Counted from the stretch's first letter, positions 30,023 to 40,177 are shown. The stretch is DNA of 64,000 nt from Parasphingorhabdus sp. (GCF_039977335.1 NZ_JBDWDI010000002.1:68122-132121), one strand, 5' to 3'. Numbers and translations are program-made. The notes: generated by a model not told the origin, from the letters alone.

Positions 30023-30460
30023 ATGCGACATTTTCTTGCTCTTCCCCTTTTGGCGGTATCTATGAGTCTTGCCGCACCTGCCTCCGCCCAAGACGAGGCA
30101 CCTGAATCCGAGATGATCGAGAAACTCAATGATCCCGCTTTTCAAGACGGCATGGTTGCCATGATGTCTGGCTTTATGACCGCGATGATGGACCTGCCCA
30201 TTGGCCAATTTGCCAGCGCAATGGAGAAAGCCGTGCCTGAAGGCATGGATGATCGCGATACATTTTCTCTTATTGATCCCGACGCCACTCTGGGCGATCT
30301 GGCCGCAGGCGATAACCCGAATTTCAATGCCGATATGGAAGACAAGATGCGCACTGGCACCGCAATGATGGGGATCATGGCCAGTGAATTTGGCGCCTTG
30401 CTTCCGCAGCTCAAAGCCATGGGGGAAAGAATGAAACGCCGGATGGAAGAGCGCGAATAG
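30023..30460 (+). CDS. Hypothetical Met-rich secreted protein
   Basis: SD AGGAGG; signal peptide ..AAPASA|Q. Confidence 0.75.
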   Translation: MRHFLALPLLAVSMSLAAPASAQDEAPESEMIEKLNDPAFQDGMVAMMSGFMTAMMDLPIGQFASAMEKAVPEGMDDRDTFSLIDPDATLGDLAAGDNPNFNADMEDKMRTGTAMMGIMASEFGALLPQLKAMGERMKRRMEERE

Positions 30461-30560
30461 CGCCTAACCATAGCCTATATCCGGGCGCCTGACCCGCTAT
30501 TGACAGTTTCAGGCATCAAGCCCCTTCCCCCGCAGCACAAACCCGATTAACAGCAACAAT

Positions 30561-31232
30561 ATGTGGCAGTTATTCCAATTTCCTCTTTGTCCGTTTTCGC
30601 GCAAAGTCCGCCTGCTGATGGGCGAGAAATCCGTCGGCTATGAGCTGGTGCGCGAATCGCCCTGGGAACAGCGGGATCAATTTCTGGATATGAACCCGGC
30701 TGGCCGCACACCGGTTATGCGGCACGATCAACGGGATATTGTCCTTGTCGATAGCATCGCGATTTGCGAATATATTGAAGAGACCGTCGAAAAGACCCCG
30801 ATGATCAACGGCACCGCGACCAACCGGGCCGAAATCCGACGGCTCGTTGCCTGGTTTGATGAACAGTTTTACGGCGATGTCACCGCGCCTCTATTATACG
30901 AACGGATGCACAAGCGCATTGTCCACCGTCAACCACCCGATGCCAAAATGCTGCGCGAAGCGATGCGCCGCGCCAATGTCCATCTCGATTATATCGACTA
31001 TCTGATCGACCATCGCAGCTGGCTGGCCGGCGCGACGATGAGCCTCGCGGACCTGACCGCCGCGGCACAAATCTCCGTCGCGGATTATCTCGGCGGGATT
31101 GACTGGACCGGCCATGAGCAGACCAAGGCCTGGTATGCGATGTTCAAATCGCGGCCCTCTTTCCGGCCATTATTGTCAGAGCGCATGGAAGTCATCACGC
31201 CCCCCGCCCATTACGAGAAAGTGGACTTTTGA
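30561..31232 (+). CDS. fzlA: GST-family FtsZ-binding protein FzlA-like
   Basis: MWQLFQFPLCPFSRKVRL, NPAGRTPV, WYAMFKSRPSFRPLLSE. Confidence 0.7.
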   Translation: MWQLFQFPLCPFSRKVRLLMGEKSVGYELVRESPWEQRDQFLDMNPAGRTPVMRHDQRDIVLVDSIAICEYIEETVEKTPMINGTATNRAEIRRLVAWFDEQFYGDVTAPLLYERMHKRIVHRQPPDAKMLREAMRRANVHLDYIDYLIDHRSWLAGATMSLADLTAAAQISVADYLGGIDWTGHEQTKAWYAMFKSRPSFRPLLSERMEVITPPAHYEKVDF

Positions 31233-31696
31233 TAGCAAGAAGCCCTTTTATTTTTGCGGTCACAGCCTCCCTAATGGCAGCTGGTCCGGCGGTAGCGGAG
31301 GAAATGAAAATGCATCATGGCAGCGGCGCTTTCGAAGTTGATGTGAAGCCAGTCTCCGGCGAAGGCGAAAGCCCGGCGCGCATGGCGCTTAACAAGACCT
31401 TCACCGGCGACTTGACTGGAACCAGCACGGGCCAGATGATGGCTGGCGGCAACGAAGCCACTGGCGCACGCGTCTATGTTGCTCTGGAAACCATCACTGG
31501 CTCGCTAAACGGGAAGCAGGGAAGCTTCATCGTCACCCATCGCGGTACGATGACCAAAGATAGTCAGGACCTTTCGATCGTCATCGTCCCGGACAGCGGC
31601 ACCGATGAGCTAAGCGGCATTAGCGGAACTATGGATATTCAAAATGTCGAGGGAAAGCATAGCTATACGATTGACTACAGCCTGCCGGAAAGCTGA
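31229..31696 (+). CDS. DUF3224 family secreted protein
   Basis: KTFTGDLTG.S.G.M, YVALETITGSL.GK.GSF...H.G, IVPDSGTDEL.GISG. Confidence 0.8.
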   Translation: MIARSPFIFAVTASLMAAGPAVAEEMKMHHGSGAFEVDVKPVSGEGESPARMALNKTFTGDLTGTSTGQMMAGGNEATGARVYVALETITGSLNGKQGSFIVTHRGTMTKDSQDLSIVIVPDSGTDELSGISGTMDIQNVEGKHSYTIDYSLPES

Positions 31697-31715
31697 TTGA
31701 TCGTCCGTTATTCCG

Positions 31716-32312
31716 TCAGCGATATTTCCAGTTTCTATCCTTGCCCTCGGACATCCATATAACCGCTTGGGCAATCCGGCGTTGCCGCGTTTCCTTCCGC
31801 TTCGCTTCGATCACCCATTCAATGTAATCGCGCTTTTGGCCGGGTGCAAAACCGTCATAACACCTTTGTGCGGTCGCGTTGGCCGTTATCGCCTCGGCAA
31901 GATCATCCGGTAATGGCGGCACCTTCACCGGCTTCGATCTAGCAGGTCGAACTTTAGGACTACTACCCTGTTCCAGCCGTTTGGCGACCGAGATAATCAT
32001 CTCAATCAGCTCGCTATCGGGCGGCAAATCATCCAATGATTCTATCCGTCCAAAGTGACCCATCGCCTCTCCGGCTTTAGGCGTTTCGACATTCAAACCT
32101 TCCCAGAAACCGAATGCAGCATGCTCTTTAAAAGCGGCCATGTTACAAAGATTTTTGCCGCCCAGCGTGAAAAACGGCATGCTCCACTTCATCGCCTCTT
32201 CAATGTCCGGGCAGGCTTGATGCACCAAAGCGCGCAGATGAAGCAATATCGGTTTGGCAAAATCCTGCACCTTATCAATATAATCGTCGATGCGCGGATC
32301 TCGTTTTGTCAC
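31716..32312 (-). CDS. YdeI/OmpD-associated (DUF1801) family protein
   Basis: RIDDYI, IEEAMKWSMP, PDDLAEA, KRDYIEWV.EAK..ETR.RRI. Confidence 0.85.
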   Translation of the reverse strand: MTKRDPRIDDYIDKVQDFAKPILLHLRALVHQACPDIEEAMKWSMPFFTLGGKNLCNMAAFKEHAAFGFWEGLNVETPKAGEAMGHFGRIESLDDLPPDSELIEMIISVAKRLEQGSSPKVRPARSKPVKVPPLPDDLAEAITANATAQRCYDGFAPGQKRDYIEWVIEAKRKETRQRRIAQAVIWMSEGKDRNWKYR

Positions 32313-32313
32313 C

Positions 32314-32778
32314 CTAACCGGCCTGTTCCGCCACAGTCAGTTTCTTGAGCATCTGTACCTTGTCCATATCCGGCGCAAAGCCATCTTTCTCGACACCCAT
32401 GGTTTTAAAACCGAATTTTGCGAAGAAAGGCGCAATTTGCGGCGTCGTGAAAAGCTCCACTTCCTGAAATCTGCCAGACGATTCAATCGCTTGCAGACGA
32501 TATTCCGCGAGCATCCGGCCAAGCCCGGAACCATGATGAGCATTATCGACCATGCCCCAGGTGAAATGCGCCTGCCCGCGATCTTCTCTCGCAAAACCGC
32601 CGCAACCGCAGATTTGAGAGTCCCGCTCAAGGACAAAATAATCCCCGTCTGGCCCGTCCAGAAAATCAGCAAAGGCGGGGCGCTCGCTCGCATCAAAATA
32701 ACGCGGCACGTTGCTGTCGAACAAAGCCAGGCAGGCAGCCTTATCCGCCACGACATAAGGACGAACTGTGGCGCTCAT
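32314..32778 (-). CDS. GNAT family N-acetyltransferase
   Basis: WGMVDNAHHGSGLGRML acetyl-CoA motif, FFAKFGF. Confidence 0.8.
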   Translation of the reverse strand: MSATVRPYVVADKAACLALFDSNVPRYFDASERPAFADFLDGPDGDYFVLERDSQICGCGGFAREDRGQAHFTWGMVDNAHHGSGLGRMLAEYRLQAIESSGRFQEVELFTTPQIAPFFAKFGFKTMGVEKDGFAPDMDKVQMLKKLTVAEQAG

Positions 32779-33548
32779 CCTCGCACCACTGTCATCAAAT
32801 AATTGAGCGCCAGATTGTCCGACAACGAAAAACCATGAGCCGGGCTGTATGATATTCCTGTGGTATCGATCACCTGCAGGCCCGCCTGCCCGAGCAGTTT
32901 TTCCAGCTCAACCGGCGTGAAAAACTGATCATGATGATGTGTCCCCTTGGGAATGCGTCCCGTCATTTCAGCGAGATCTACCAACATCAGTTTCGACATC
33001 GCGGTGCGATTGGGCGTCGACAGGATCATCAAGCCATCATCCGCCAACGCATTGGCCAATCCCGCCACAAAACTATCGCTATCATCAACATGTTCGATCA
33101 CTTCGAGCGAAGTCACCAGATCAAAGCCGCTCTCACCGAACTTTTCGATCGCGATATTGCGATAGTCGATATCCAGCTGCTGGGGCTCCGCATGGGCTTT
33201 GGCCGCAGCGATATTTTCCGGCGCAGCATCAAGACCAGTAACCGACGCGCCCATCCGCGCCAGAGGCTCGCAAACCAGCCCGGCGCCGCAGCCTACATCC
33301 AGCCCACGTTTGCCCGCCAGTGGCCGCAAATCAGTGGCTTCGACGCCGAAATGCAGGTTGATCGCATCCCTTATATAGCCGAGCCGTACCGGATTGAGCC
33401 GATGCAGCATGGCCGACGACCCGTTCGAGTCCCACCAGTCCGCCGCTAAGGCACCAAAATGCGCGGCTTCTTGTGGGTTTATCGTGCTTTTGGTTGTGCC
33501 TGAAAGCTGATCAGTGCTTGGGCTCTTGCTGATGCTTGCGTTTGTCAT
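32775..33548 (-). CDS. ubiG: Ubiquinone biosynthesis O-methyltransferase
   Basis: HFGALAADWWD..G....LHRLNPVRL, LDVGCGAG, EVIEHV, ILSTPNRT. Confidence 0.95.
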   Translation of the reverse strand: MTNASISKSPSTDQLSGTTKSTINPQEAAHFGALAADWWDSNGSSAMLHRLNPVRLGYIRDAINLHFGVEATDLRPLAGKRGLDVGCGAGLVCEPLARMGASVTGLDAAPENIAAAKAHAEPQQLDIDYRNIAIEKFGESGFDLVTSLEVIEHVDDSDSFVAGLANALADDGLMILSTPNRTAMSKLMLVDLAEMTGRIPKGTHHHDQFFTPVELEKLLGQAGLQVIDTTGISYSPAHGFSLSDNLALNYLMTVVRG

Positions 33549-33619
33549 ATCCTCTCTTTATCACAGCCTGCGCGTCTCGTTCAGACCCTTTTTCAACAGA
33601 AAGACAGATAACAGGCATC

Positions 33620-34885
33620 ATGGCACGGATAGTGATGAAATTTGGCGGCACGTCGATGGCGGGGATCGAACGTATCCGCCGGGTTGCGCAAATCGTCAAG
33701 CAACAGGCCGATGCCGGGCATGAAGTCGCTGTCGTCGTCTCAGCCATGGCAGGTGACACCGACCGGCTGGTCAATTTCTGCCGCGAAGCCAGCTCGCTTT
33801 ACGATGCTGCGGAATATGACGTTGTAGTCGCCAGCGGCGAGCAAGTCACATCCGGCCTGCTAGCCATTGCCCTGCAATCGCTGGGTGCCAAGGCGCGCAG
33901 CTGGCTGGGTTGGCAAATGCCGATCCGCACGATCGAATCGCATAGCAAGGCGCGGATCGAAACCATTGATGCCGATGACTTGACCGCCTCTATGGAAAGC
34001 GGTGAAATCGCGATCATCCCGGGCTTTCAGGGGATTAGTCAAGATGGCCGGATAACGACTTTGGGGCGCGGCGGATCTGATACCAGCGCGGTTGCGATTG
34101 CGGCAGCGGTCAAAGCCGACCGCTGCGATATCTATACCGATGTCGACGGCGTTTATACGACCGACCCGCGCATTGTAACACGGGCGCGCAAGCTGAAAAC
34201 CGTGACCTTCGAAGAAATGCTGGAACTGGCCAGCGTCGGCGCGAAAGTGCTGCAGACGCGCTCGGTCGGCCTGGCGATGAAAGAAAATGTGCGTATTCAG
34301 GTGCTGTCCTCCTTTACCGAGGATGGCGCACCGAGTGCTGATGATCTGCCGGGAACGATGATCGTCAGCGAAAGTGAAATGGAGAAAGAGGATATGGAGC
34401 GTCAACTCATAACGGGTATTGCCCATGACAAGAATGAATCCAAAATCACCCTGACCCGCGTGCCCGACCAACCGGGTGCTGTGGCAAATATCTTTGAACC
34501 GCTGGCGGAAGCCGCCATCAATGTGGATATGATCATTCAGAATGTCGGCCGCGAAAAAGGCGAGACCGATGTGACCTTTACCGCGCCAACCAGCGATCTC
34601 GACCGGACCATGCAGGTACTCGAGACCGCTAAGGAGAGCATCGGTTATAACCGGCTGATTTCCGATACGAATGTCGCGAAAATCTCAGTCGTCGGTGTCG
34701 GTATGAAAAGCCATGCCGGTGTCGCCTCGACCATGTTTAAATCGCTCGCCGATCGCGGCGTTAATATTCAGGCGATTACGACATCCGAGATCAAGGTCAG
34801 CGTGTTGATCGAGGAAGATTATACCGAATTGGCGCTGCGGGTGCTTCACACTGCCTATGGCCTGGATGCAGAGGATGCAGCTTAA
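33620..34885 (+). CDS. lysC: Aspartate kinase
   Basis: MKFGGTS, VVVSAMAG, TLGRGGSDTSAV, YTDVDGVYTTDP, two ACT domains. Confidence 0.95.
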   Translation: MARIVMKFGGTSMAGIERIRRVAQIVKQQADAGHEVAVVVSAMAGDTDRLVNFCREASSLYDAAEYDVVVASGEQVTSGLLAIALQSLGAKARSWLGWQMPIRTIESHSKARIETIDADDLTASMESGEIAIIPGFQGISQDGRITTLGRGGSDTSAVAIAAAVKADRCDIYTDVDGVYTTDPRIVTRARKLKTVTFEEMLELASVGAKVLQTRSVGLAMKENVRIQVLSSFTEDGAPSADDLPGTMIVSESEMEKEDMERQLITGIAHDKNESKITLTRVPDQPGAVANIFEPLAEAAINVDMIIQNVGREKGETDVTFTAPTSDLDRTMQVLETAKESIGYNRLISDTNVAKISVVGVGMKSHAGVASTMFKSLADRGVNIQAITTSEIKVSVLIEEDYTELALRVLHTAYGLDAEDAA

Positions 34886-35124
34886 TGGTGTTTCATTGTT
34901 AAAAGTCTGTACATTGCGAACAACGCGATAAAACAAAACAACAGGCCCATGCCTAGGGTGAAGAACGTCGGCTCAAGGTCTCTATCCATTAAGAAAACTT
35001 TTCGGATACCCAATCTACTTGCGATTAGCTGAGCATGGATTGGAAACTTATAGGTGTATAAGAGAAACGGCCCATAGACCGAAAAAAGTATCGCGCCAAA
35101 GAATACCTTTGTAGATTCCGACAT
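34882..35124 (-). CDS. Small hypothetical membrane protein (80 aa, AT-rich)
   Basis: Strong SD AAGGAGG before the ATG; two hydrophobic segments. Confidence 0.6.
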   Translation of the reverse strand: MSESTKVFFGAILFSVYGPFLLYTYKFPIHAQLIASRLGIRKVFLMDRDLEPTFFTLGMGLLFCFIALFAMYRLLTMKHH

Positions 35125-35204
35125 CTAACCTCCTTAAAGACAAGTGCAAACAGATACAGGCTGAGCTCTAATTTATCGTAAACCCTTCTGAATAAAGTTG
35201 ATCT

Positions 35205-36209
35205 ATGACCCAATCAAAACTCTCCACTTTAATGCAACGCGGTACAGACCTGCTGGGCAGCGAAACCGCGATCATGTGCGGCGCGATGAGCTGGGTGTCC
35301 GAGCGCAACCTCGTTAGCGCGATTTCCAATGCAGGCGGCTTTGGCGTCATTGCCTGCGGCGCGATGACCCCGGAATTGCTCGATACCGAGATTGCAGAGA
35401 CGAAAAAACTGACCAGCAAGCCCTTTGGCGTCAACCTTATCACCATGCATCCCGACCTGATGAAGCTGATCGAAACCTGCGGCAATCATGACGTCAGCCA
35501 TGTGGTTCTTGCCGGTGGTCTTCCACCGAAGGGCAGCCTCGAGGCGATCAAGGAAATTGGCGCGAAGGTGATTTGCTTTGCCCCTGCCATGGCGCTGGCC
35601 AAGAAGTTCATCCGCTCTGGCGTGGACGCCATTGTCATCGAAGGCATGGAGGCGGGCGGTCATATCGGGCCGGTCTCTACCTCTGTGCTCGCGCAAGAAA
35701 TCCTGCCGCAAATTGCCGATCAATTGCCGGTCTTTGTTGCTGGCGGTATTGGCACCGGCGAGATGATTGGCGCTTATCTCGAAATGGGTGCAAGCGGTGT
35801 TCAGCTCGGCACGCGCTTTGTCTGCGCGCATGAATCGATTGCCCATCCCGATTTCAAAAAAGCCTTCATGCGCGGCAATGCCCGCGATGCTATAACCAGC
35901 GTTCAAGTTGATCCACGCCTGCCGGTCATCCCGGTGCGCGCATTGAAGAACAAAGGCACCGAGGAATTCACCCGCAAGCAGATTGAGGTCGCCAAGCTGC
36001 TCGACGCTGGCGAGATTGAAATGGGCGAGGCGCAGTTGCAGATTGAACATTTCTGGGCCGGAGCTCTGCGCAAGGCTGTGATTGATGGTGATGTCGAAAC
36101 TGGCAGCGTGATGGCCGGACAGTCGGTCGGCATGGTCAAGGCCGAGGAAAGCGTTGCGGATATTATCAAGACGCTGACTGACGAAGCCGAAACAGCACTG
36201 GCACGTTAG
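35205..36209 (+). CDS. Nitronate monooxygenase / FabK-like flavin oxidoreductase
   Basis: KPFGVNL, EGMEAGGHIG, VAGGIG.G, GASGVQLGTRF, MAGQSVG. Confidence 0.85.
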   Translation: MTQSKLSTLMQRGTDLLGSETAIMCGAMSWVSERNLVSAISNAGGFGVIACGAMTPELLDTEIAETKKLTSKPFGVNLITMHPDLMKLIETCGNHDVSHVVLAGGLPPKGSLEAIKEIGAKVICFAPAMALAKKFIRSGVDAIVIEGMEAGGHIGPVSTSVLAQEILPQIADQLPVFVAGGIGTGEMIGAYLEMGASGVQLGTRFVCAHESIAHPDFKKAFMRGNARDAITSVQVDPRLPVIPVRALKNKGTEEFTRKQIEVAKLLDAGEIEMGEAQLQIEHFWAGALRKAVIDGDVETGSVMAGQSVGMVKAEESVADIIKTLTDEAETALAR

Positions 36210-36262
36210 CACGAAGACCTATCTGTCTTGCCTAAATAACACAGCTGCGGCATAGTCTGGCA

Positions 36263-36802
36263 ATGACAGAAACCGTTTCTACCATCGACGACCCTCTCGC
36301 GGAAATGGAACAGGACAAGGCGCGGGCCTATAATCAGGGGCTGACGCCGCTTCATCCACCGCAAAAATCCCTCATCCGCCTGAATGTTGGGATAATGACC
36401 GGCATTTTATTCATCGCGGCGGTGATTGTCGAATTCGCGATCCGCAATGAACTGCCTCTAGCCGCCGGATCGATCATCGGGCCGGTCGCTGCGTTCGCGC
36501 TCTTCCTTTTCGTAATGCTTCCTGGTCGTATCTATCGCCGCTGGGGCTATGACATGGGCGACGAGCAATTGCGCGTGCTTCGTGGCTTCATGTGGCGGAC
36601 CGACACCATCGTGCCCTTTAACCGCATCCAGCATATCGATGTGGCGCAAGGACCGTTTCAGCGCATGTTCGGGCTGTCGACCTTGATCGTCCACACTGCC
36701 GGAACGCATAACAGCATCGTCACTTTACCGGGCCTTAGCACGCCAGATGCGGAATCCATGCGCGATACTATCAAGGGCCATATTCGCCAAGACATGATAT
36801 GA
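36263..36802 (+). CDS. Bacterial PH-domain membrane protein (YdbS-like)
   Basis: 2 TM then WGY...DEQL...RG.....TIVPFNRIQHIDVAQGPFQRMFGL. Confidence 0.85.
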   Translation: MTETVSTIDDPLAEMEQDKARAYNQGLTPLHPPQKSLIRLNVGIMTGILFIAAVIVEFAIRNELPLAAGSIIGPVAAFALFLFVMLPGRIYRRWGYDMGDEQLRVLRGFMWRTDTIVPFNRIQHIDVAQGPFQRMFGLSTLIVHTAGTHNSIVTLPGLSTPDAESMRDTIKGHIRQDMI

Positions 36803-38325
36803 ATGACGCGCCCATAACATCGGCAGAAGCCATGGTGCAGGAAACGGATGATGACACATCCTTCCGCCGCCTGCATCCGCTCAGCATCATTTTGAAATCG
36901 GTTTCCGCCATCGGTCAGAATCTGATCGCCATGGGCGTGCTCTATTTCAGCGTGTTCGATCAGAATATCGTCTATGCCGGCCTGGCCGCCCTCGCCCTGA
37001 TGACCATCATTATCGGCGTAACAGCATTAATCTGGTCGCGCTTCACCTATCATATTGGGCCTAAGGAAATCCGCATCAAAAGCGGTCTCATCAGCCGCAA
37101 TAATCGCTCCATCCCGTTTGACCGGATACAGGACGTCAGTCTGGAGCAGAAACTGGTCAGCCGGATATTGGGTCTCGCCACAGTGAAGCTGGAAACCGGT
37201 GCTTCAGCGGGCGAAGATGGCAAGCTGGATGCACTGGCCCTGGCAGACGCGCAAGCGCTCAGGGACGCATTGCGCGACTATAAATCAGGGATTGCCGCCA
37301 GTGGTTCGGATAGGACCGATGGGGCTATCGACAGTTCGGAAACAGACGCACGCCCGCCGATTTTTGCCATGGACAACCGCCGGATATTCATTGCCGGACT
37401 GTTCAACTTTTCCTTCGTCCTGCTCGCCATATTGGCGGCCATTGCCCAGAATCTCGACTTCCTGTTGCCGGATGAATTTTTCAATCCCTGGTATTGGGCA
37501 GAGCAATTGTCCGAACAGGATGTGGTCAACGGGCTCAGCTTTACCGCGCAAATTGCCGGGGCTGTTGGCGCGCTGATTTCGCTGATCGCCGTTGGCATAG
37601 GCAGCGGTATCATCCGGACCTTTATTCGCGAATATGGCTTCCGCCTGGATCGTGTGGACACCGGCCAGCCGGGTTTTCGGCGTCGGCGGGGGCTGTTCAC
37701 ACTTACCGATATGGTGATGCCAATCCACCGCGTGCAGGCGGCGATTCTGCGAACCAGTCCGATCCGTCAGCGCTTTGGCTGGCATCATCTGAAGTTCCAG
37801 TCCCTTGCCAGCGATGGCAGCGGAGAGAGCGACCATAGCGCGGCGCCCTGTGCCCAGATAGAAGAAGTTGATCCAATATTGGCCGAGACCAATATCGCCA
37901 ATGTCACGCCCGATCTGCAATTCCAGCGCGTTGATGCTGCGCTTTGGTGGCGCGATGCTGTGATACTGACCATCGTCCTGAGTGCGGTCAGTATAGGCAA
38001 TGGCCTTTTCGTTCATCCCGGCCTGTATGCGCTGATATTACTTGCCATTCCGATCATCGCGGTGATGTTCCTGAACTGGCGCTATCATCAATATGCGCTG
38101 ACCGCGACGCAGCTCTTTGTCCGCGCCGGATGGTGGCGGCGCAAGCTGACGATATTGCCGATCCGCAAGATTCAAACGGTCGACATCAGCCAGTCACCGC
38201 TGGACCATCCGCTTGATCTTGCCACCGTGACAGTGGGGATAGCTGGCGGTTCAGCCATGTCCCCGCTCAAAATCAACGATATTCCGAGAGAGCAAGCCAT
38301 GGCACTGCGCGAACAGCTTATATAG
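36799..38325 (+). CDS. Multi-PH-domain membrane protein (YdbT-like)
   Basis: FRRLHPLS; three PH repeats (IPFDRIQDV, MPIHRVQ, LPIRKIQTV); ATGA overlap. Confidence 0.85.
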   Translation: MNDAPITSAEAMVQETDDDTSFRRLHPLSIILKSVSAIGQNLIAMGVLYFSVFDQNIVYAGLAALALMTIIIGVTALIWSRFTYHIGPKEIRIKSGLISRNNRSIPFDRIQDVSLEQKLVSRILGLATVKLETGASAGEDGKLDALALADAQALRDALRDYKSGIAASGSDRTDGAIDSSETDARPPIFAMDNRRIFIAGLFNFSFVLLAILAAIAQNLDFLLPDEFFNPWYWAEQLSEQDVVNGLSFTAQIAGAVGALISLIAVGIGSGIIRTFIREYGFRLDRVDTGQPGFRRRRGLFTLTDMVMPIHRVQAAILRTSPIRQRFGWHHLKFQSLASDGSGESDHSAAPCAQIEEVDPILAETNIANVTPDLQFQRVDAALWWRDAVILTIVLSAVSIGNGLFVHPGLYALILLAIPIIAVMFLNWRYHQYALTATQLFVRAGWWRRKLTILPIRKIQTVDISQSPLDHPLDLATVTVGIAGGSAMSPLKINDIPREQAMALREQLI

Positions 38326-38407
38326 CCGCGCAAATAAACATGGCGCTTGACACCAGCCGCCGAATATCCACGATAGTTACAAGAGATATTTTTTGGAGGA
38401 GGGCTTT

Positions 38408-40177
38408 ATGCGCCGGGGACATTTCACAATATTGGTTTCATTATCGGCGCTGGCGTTCAGCGCGCCGATCCATGCACAGGACGGTGACACGCCAAAGTCA
38501 TCGGAGCTGCACCAGATTATCGATGATTTCTGGGCCTATAGTCTGGAACAATATCCCGAATTTGCGTCTTCGCTAGGCGTTGATGATCCGGATGGCCGGG
38601 TGAGCGACTACAGCCTTGCGGGCGAAGACAAGAGAGTTGAGAAAGCCAAGGCTTGGCTCAGTCAGCTCGACAAGATTGATCAAAACAGCCTTTCGGAAGA
38701 CGACAAAACTAATTTCGGTATCCTCCACCGCAGCCTGTCCGAACAGGTCGAGGCCAGCACCTATGGCCAGCGCACGATCAATTTCACCAATCGCGGTGGC
38801 TGGCATCAAAGTTTTGCAAGCATGCAAAACAACCTGCCCTTTCGCAACGCGCAGGATTATCAGACTTATATCAATCGGCTGAAGAAATATGGCGCGATCC
38901 ACAGCCAGTCACTATCGGTTGCGAATCAGGCGCTGAAAGGCGGCTATGTCCAACCGTGCGTTTCGATGGTCGGCTATGAAACCAGCATTTCCGGACTGAT
39001 CAAGGAAGATCCAAAGGAATCGCGCTTCTTCGATCCGTTTGAGCGCACTAAACCTGATGGCATTGATCAGGCCAGTTTTGACCAGCTCGCTGCTAGTGCA
39101 GCCGAAACGATCAACACGGTCATTACACCGGCGCTGAAAGAGCATCTCGACTGGTATGAGACTCAATATGCGCCCAAATGCGCCAAGGCTCCGGGTGTGT
39201 CTGCCCAACCCGGTGGTGATAAATATTACGATTTCCGGATCCGCCAGATGACGACGACCGAAAAGTCAGCGGACGAAATCCACAATATCGGCGTTTCCGA
39301 AGTTGCCCGCATCCGTGCCGAGATGGTGCAGGTTGCGAAAAAAGCCGGCTTTGAAAGTCGCGAGGCATTTATCGAGGACCTTCGCACCAACCCCAAATAT
39401 TATGCCAAAACGCCTGAAGAGCTGATGGAAAAAGTCGCACGGGTGACCAAGCTGATCGATGGCAAAATGCCGTCCATCATCGGCAAACTGGCGCGCTTGC
39501 CTTATGGCATCAAGGAAATCCCGGCTGAAACCGCAGAAGGCACAACCACGGCCTATTATAATCCGGGATCGCCGGATGTTGGCATTGCCGGTTTCTACTA
39601 TGTCAACACTTCCAAGCTGGACCAGCGGCCCTTCTGGGAAATTCCCGCGCTGAGCGTCCATGAAGCGGTGCCCGGACATCACATGCAGATCGCCCTGCAA
39701 CAAGAACTCGACATGCCTGACTTCCGCAAGCACGGCGCATTTTTCACTGCCTTTGTCGAAGGCTGGGGCCTCTATTCAGAACGACTTGGCATTGAAATGG
39801 GCCTCTATGATACGCCCGCTAAAGATATGGGCCGACTGTCCTATGAAATGTGGCGCGCGACCCGCTTGGTGGTGGATACCGGCATCCACAGCAAAGGCTG
39901 GAGCAAGCAGCGGGCAATTGATTTCATGACCGATAATACGGCCCTGAGCCCCGCCAATATCGAGGCTGAGGTGAACCGCTATATCAGTTGGCCCGGACAG
40001 GCGCTGGCTTATAAAATGGGTGAACTGAAAATCCGCGAACTACGGACAAAAGCGACCGAGCAACTCGGTGCGAAATTTGATCTGCGCGAATTTCATGACG
40101 TGGTGCTGGGCCAAGGCGCAGTGCCGCTCGATATATTAGAGGCGCAGGTAAACCGCTGGATTGAAGGGAAGAAATAG
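38408..40177 (+). CDS. DUF885 family secreted protein (putative metallopeptidase)
   Basis: Signal peptide; HEAVPGHH, AFVEGWGLYSE, RATRLVVDTGIH, PGQALAYKMG. Confidence 0.88.
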   Translation: MRRGHFTILVSLSALAFSAPIHAQDGDTPKSSELHQIIDDFWAYSLEQYPEFASSLGVDDPDGRVSDYSLAGEDKRVEKAKAWLSQLDKIDQNSLSEDDKTNFGILHRSLSEQVEASTYGQRTINFTNRGGWHQSFASMQNNLPFRNAQDYQTYINRLKKYGAIHSQSLSVANQALKGGYVQPCVSMVGYETSISGLIKEDPKESRFFDPFERTKPDGIDQASFDQLAASAAETINTVITPALKEHLDWYETQYAPKCAKAPGVSAQPGGDKYYDFRIRQMTTTEKSADEIHNIGVSEVARIRAEMVQVAKKAGFESREAFIEDLRTNPKYYAKTPEELMEKVARVTKLIDGKMPSIIGKLARLPYGIKEIPAETAEGTTTAYYNPGSPDVGIAGFYYVNTSKLDQRPFWEIPALSVHEAVPGHHMQIALQQELDMPDFRKHGAFFTAFVEGWGLYSERLGIEMGLYDTPAKDMGRLSYEMWRATRLVVDTGIHSKGWSKQRAIDFMTDNTALSPANIEAEVNRYISWPGQALAYKMGELKIRELRTKATEQLGAKFDLREFHDVVLGQGAVPLDILEAQVNRWIEGKK

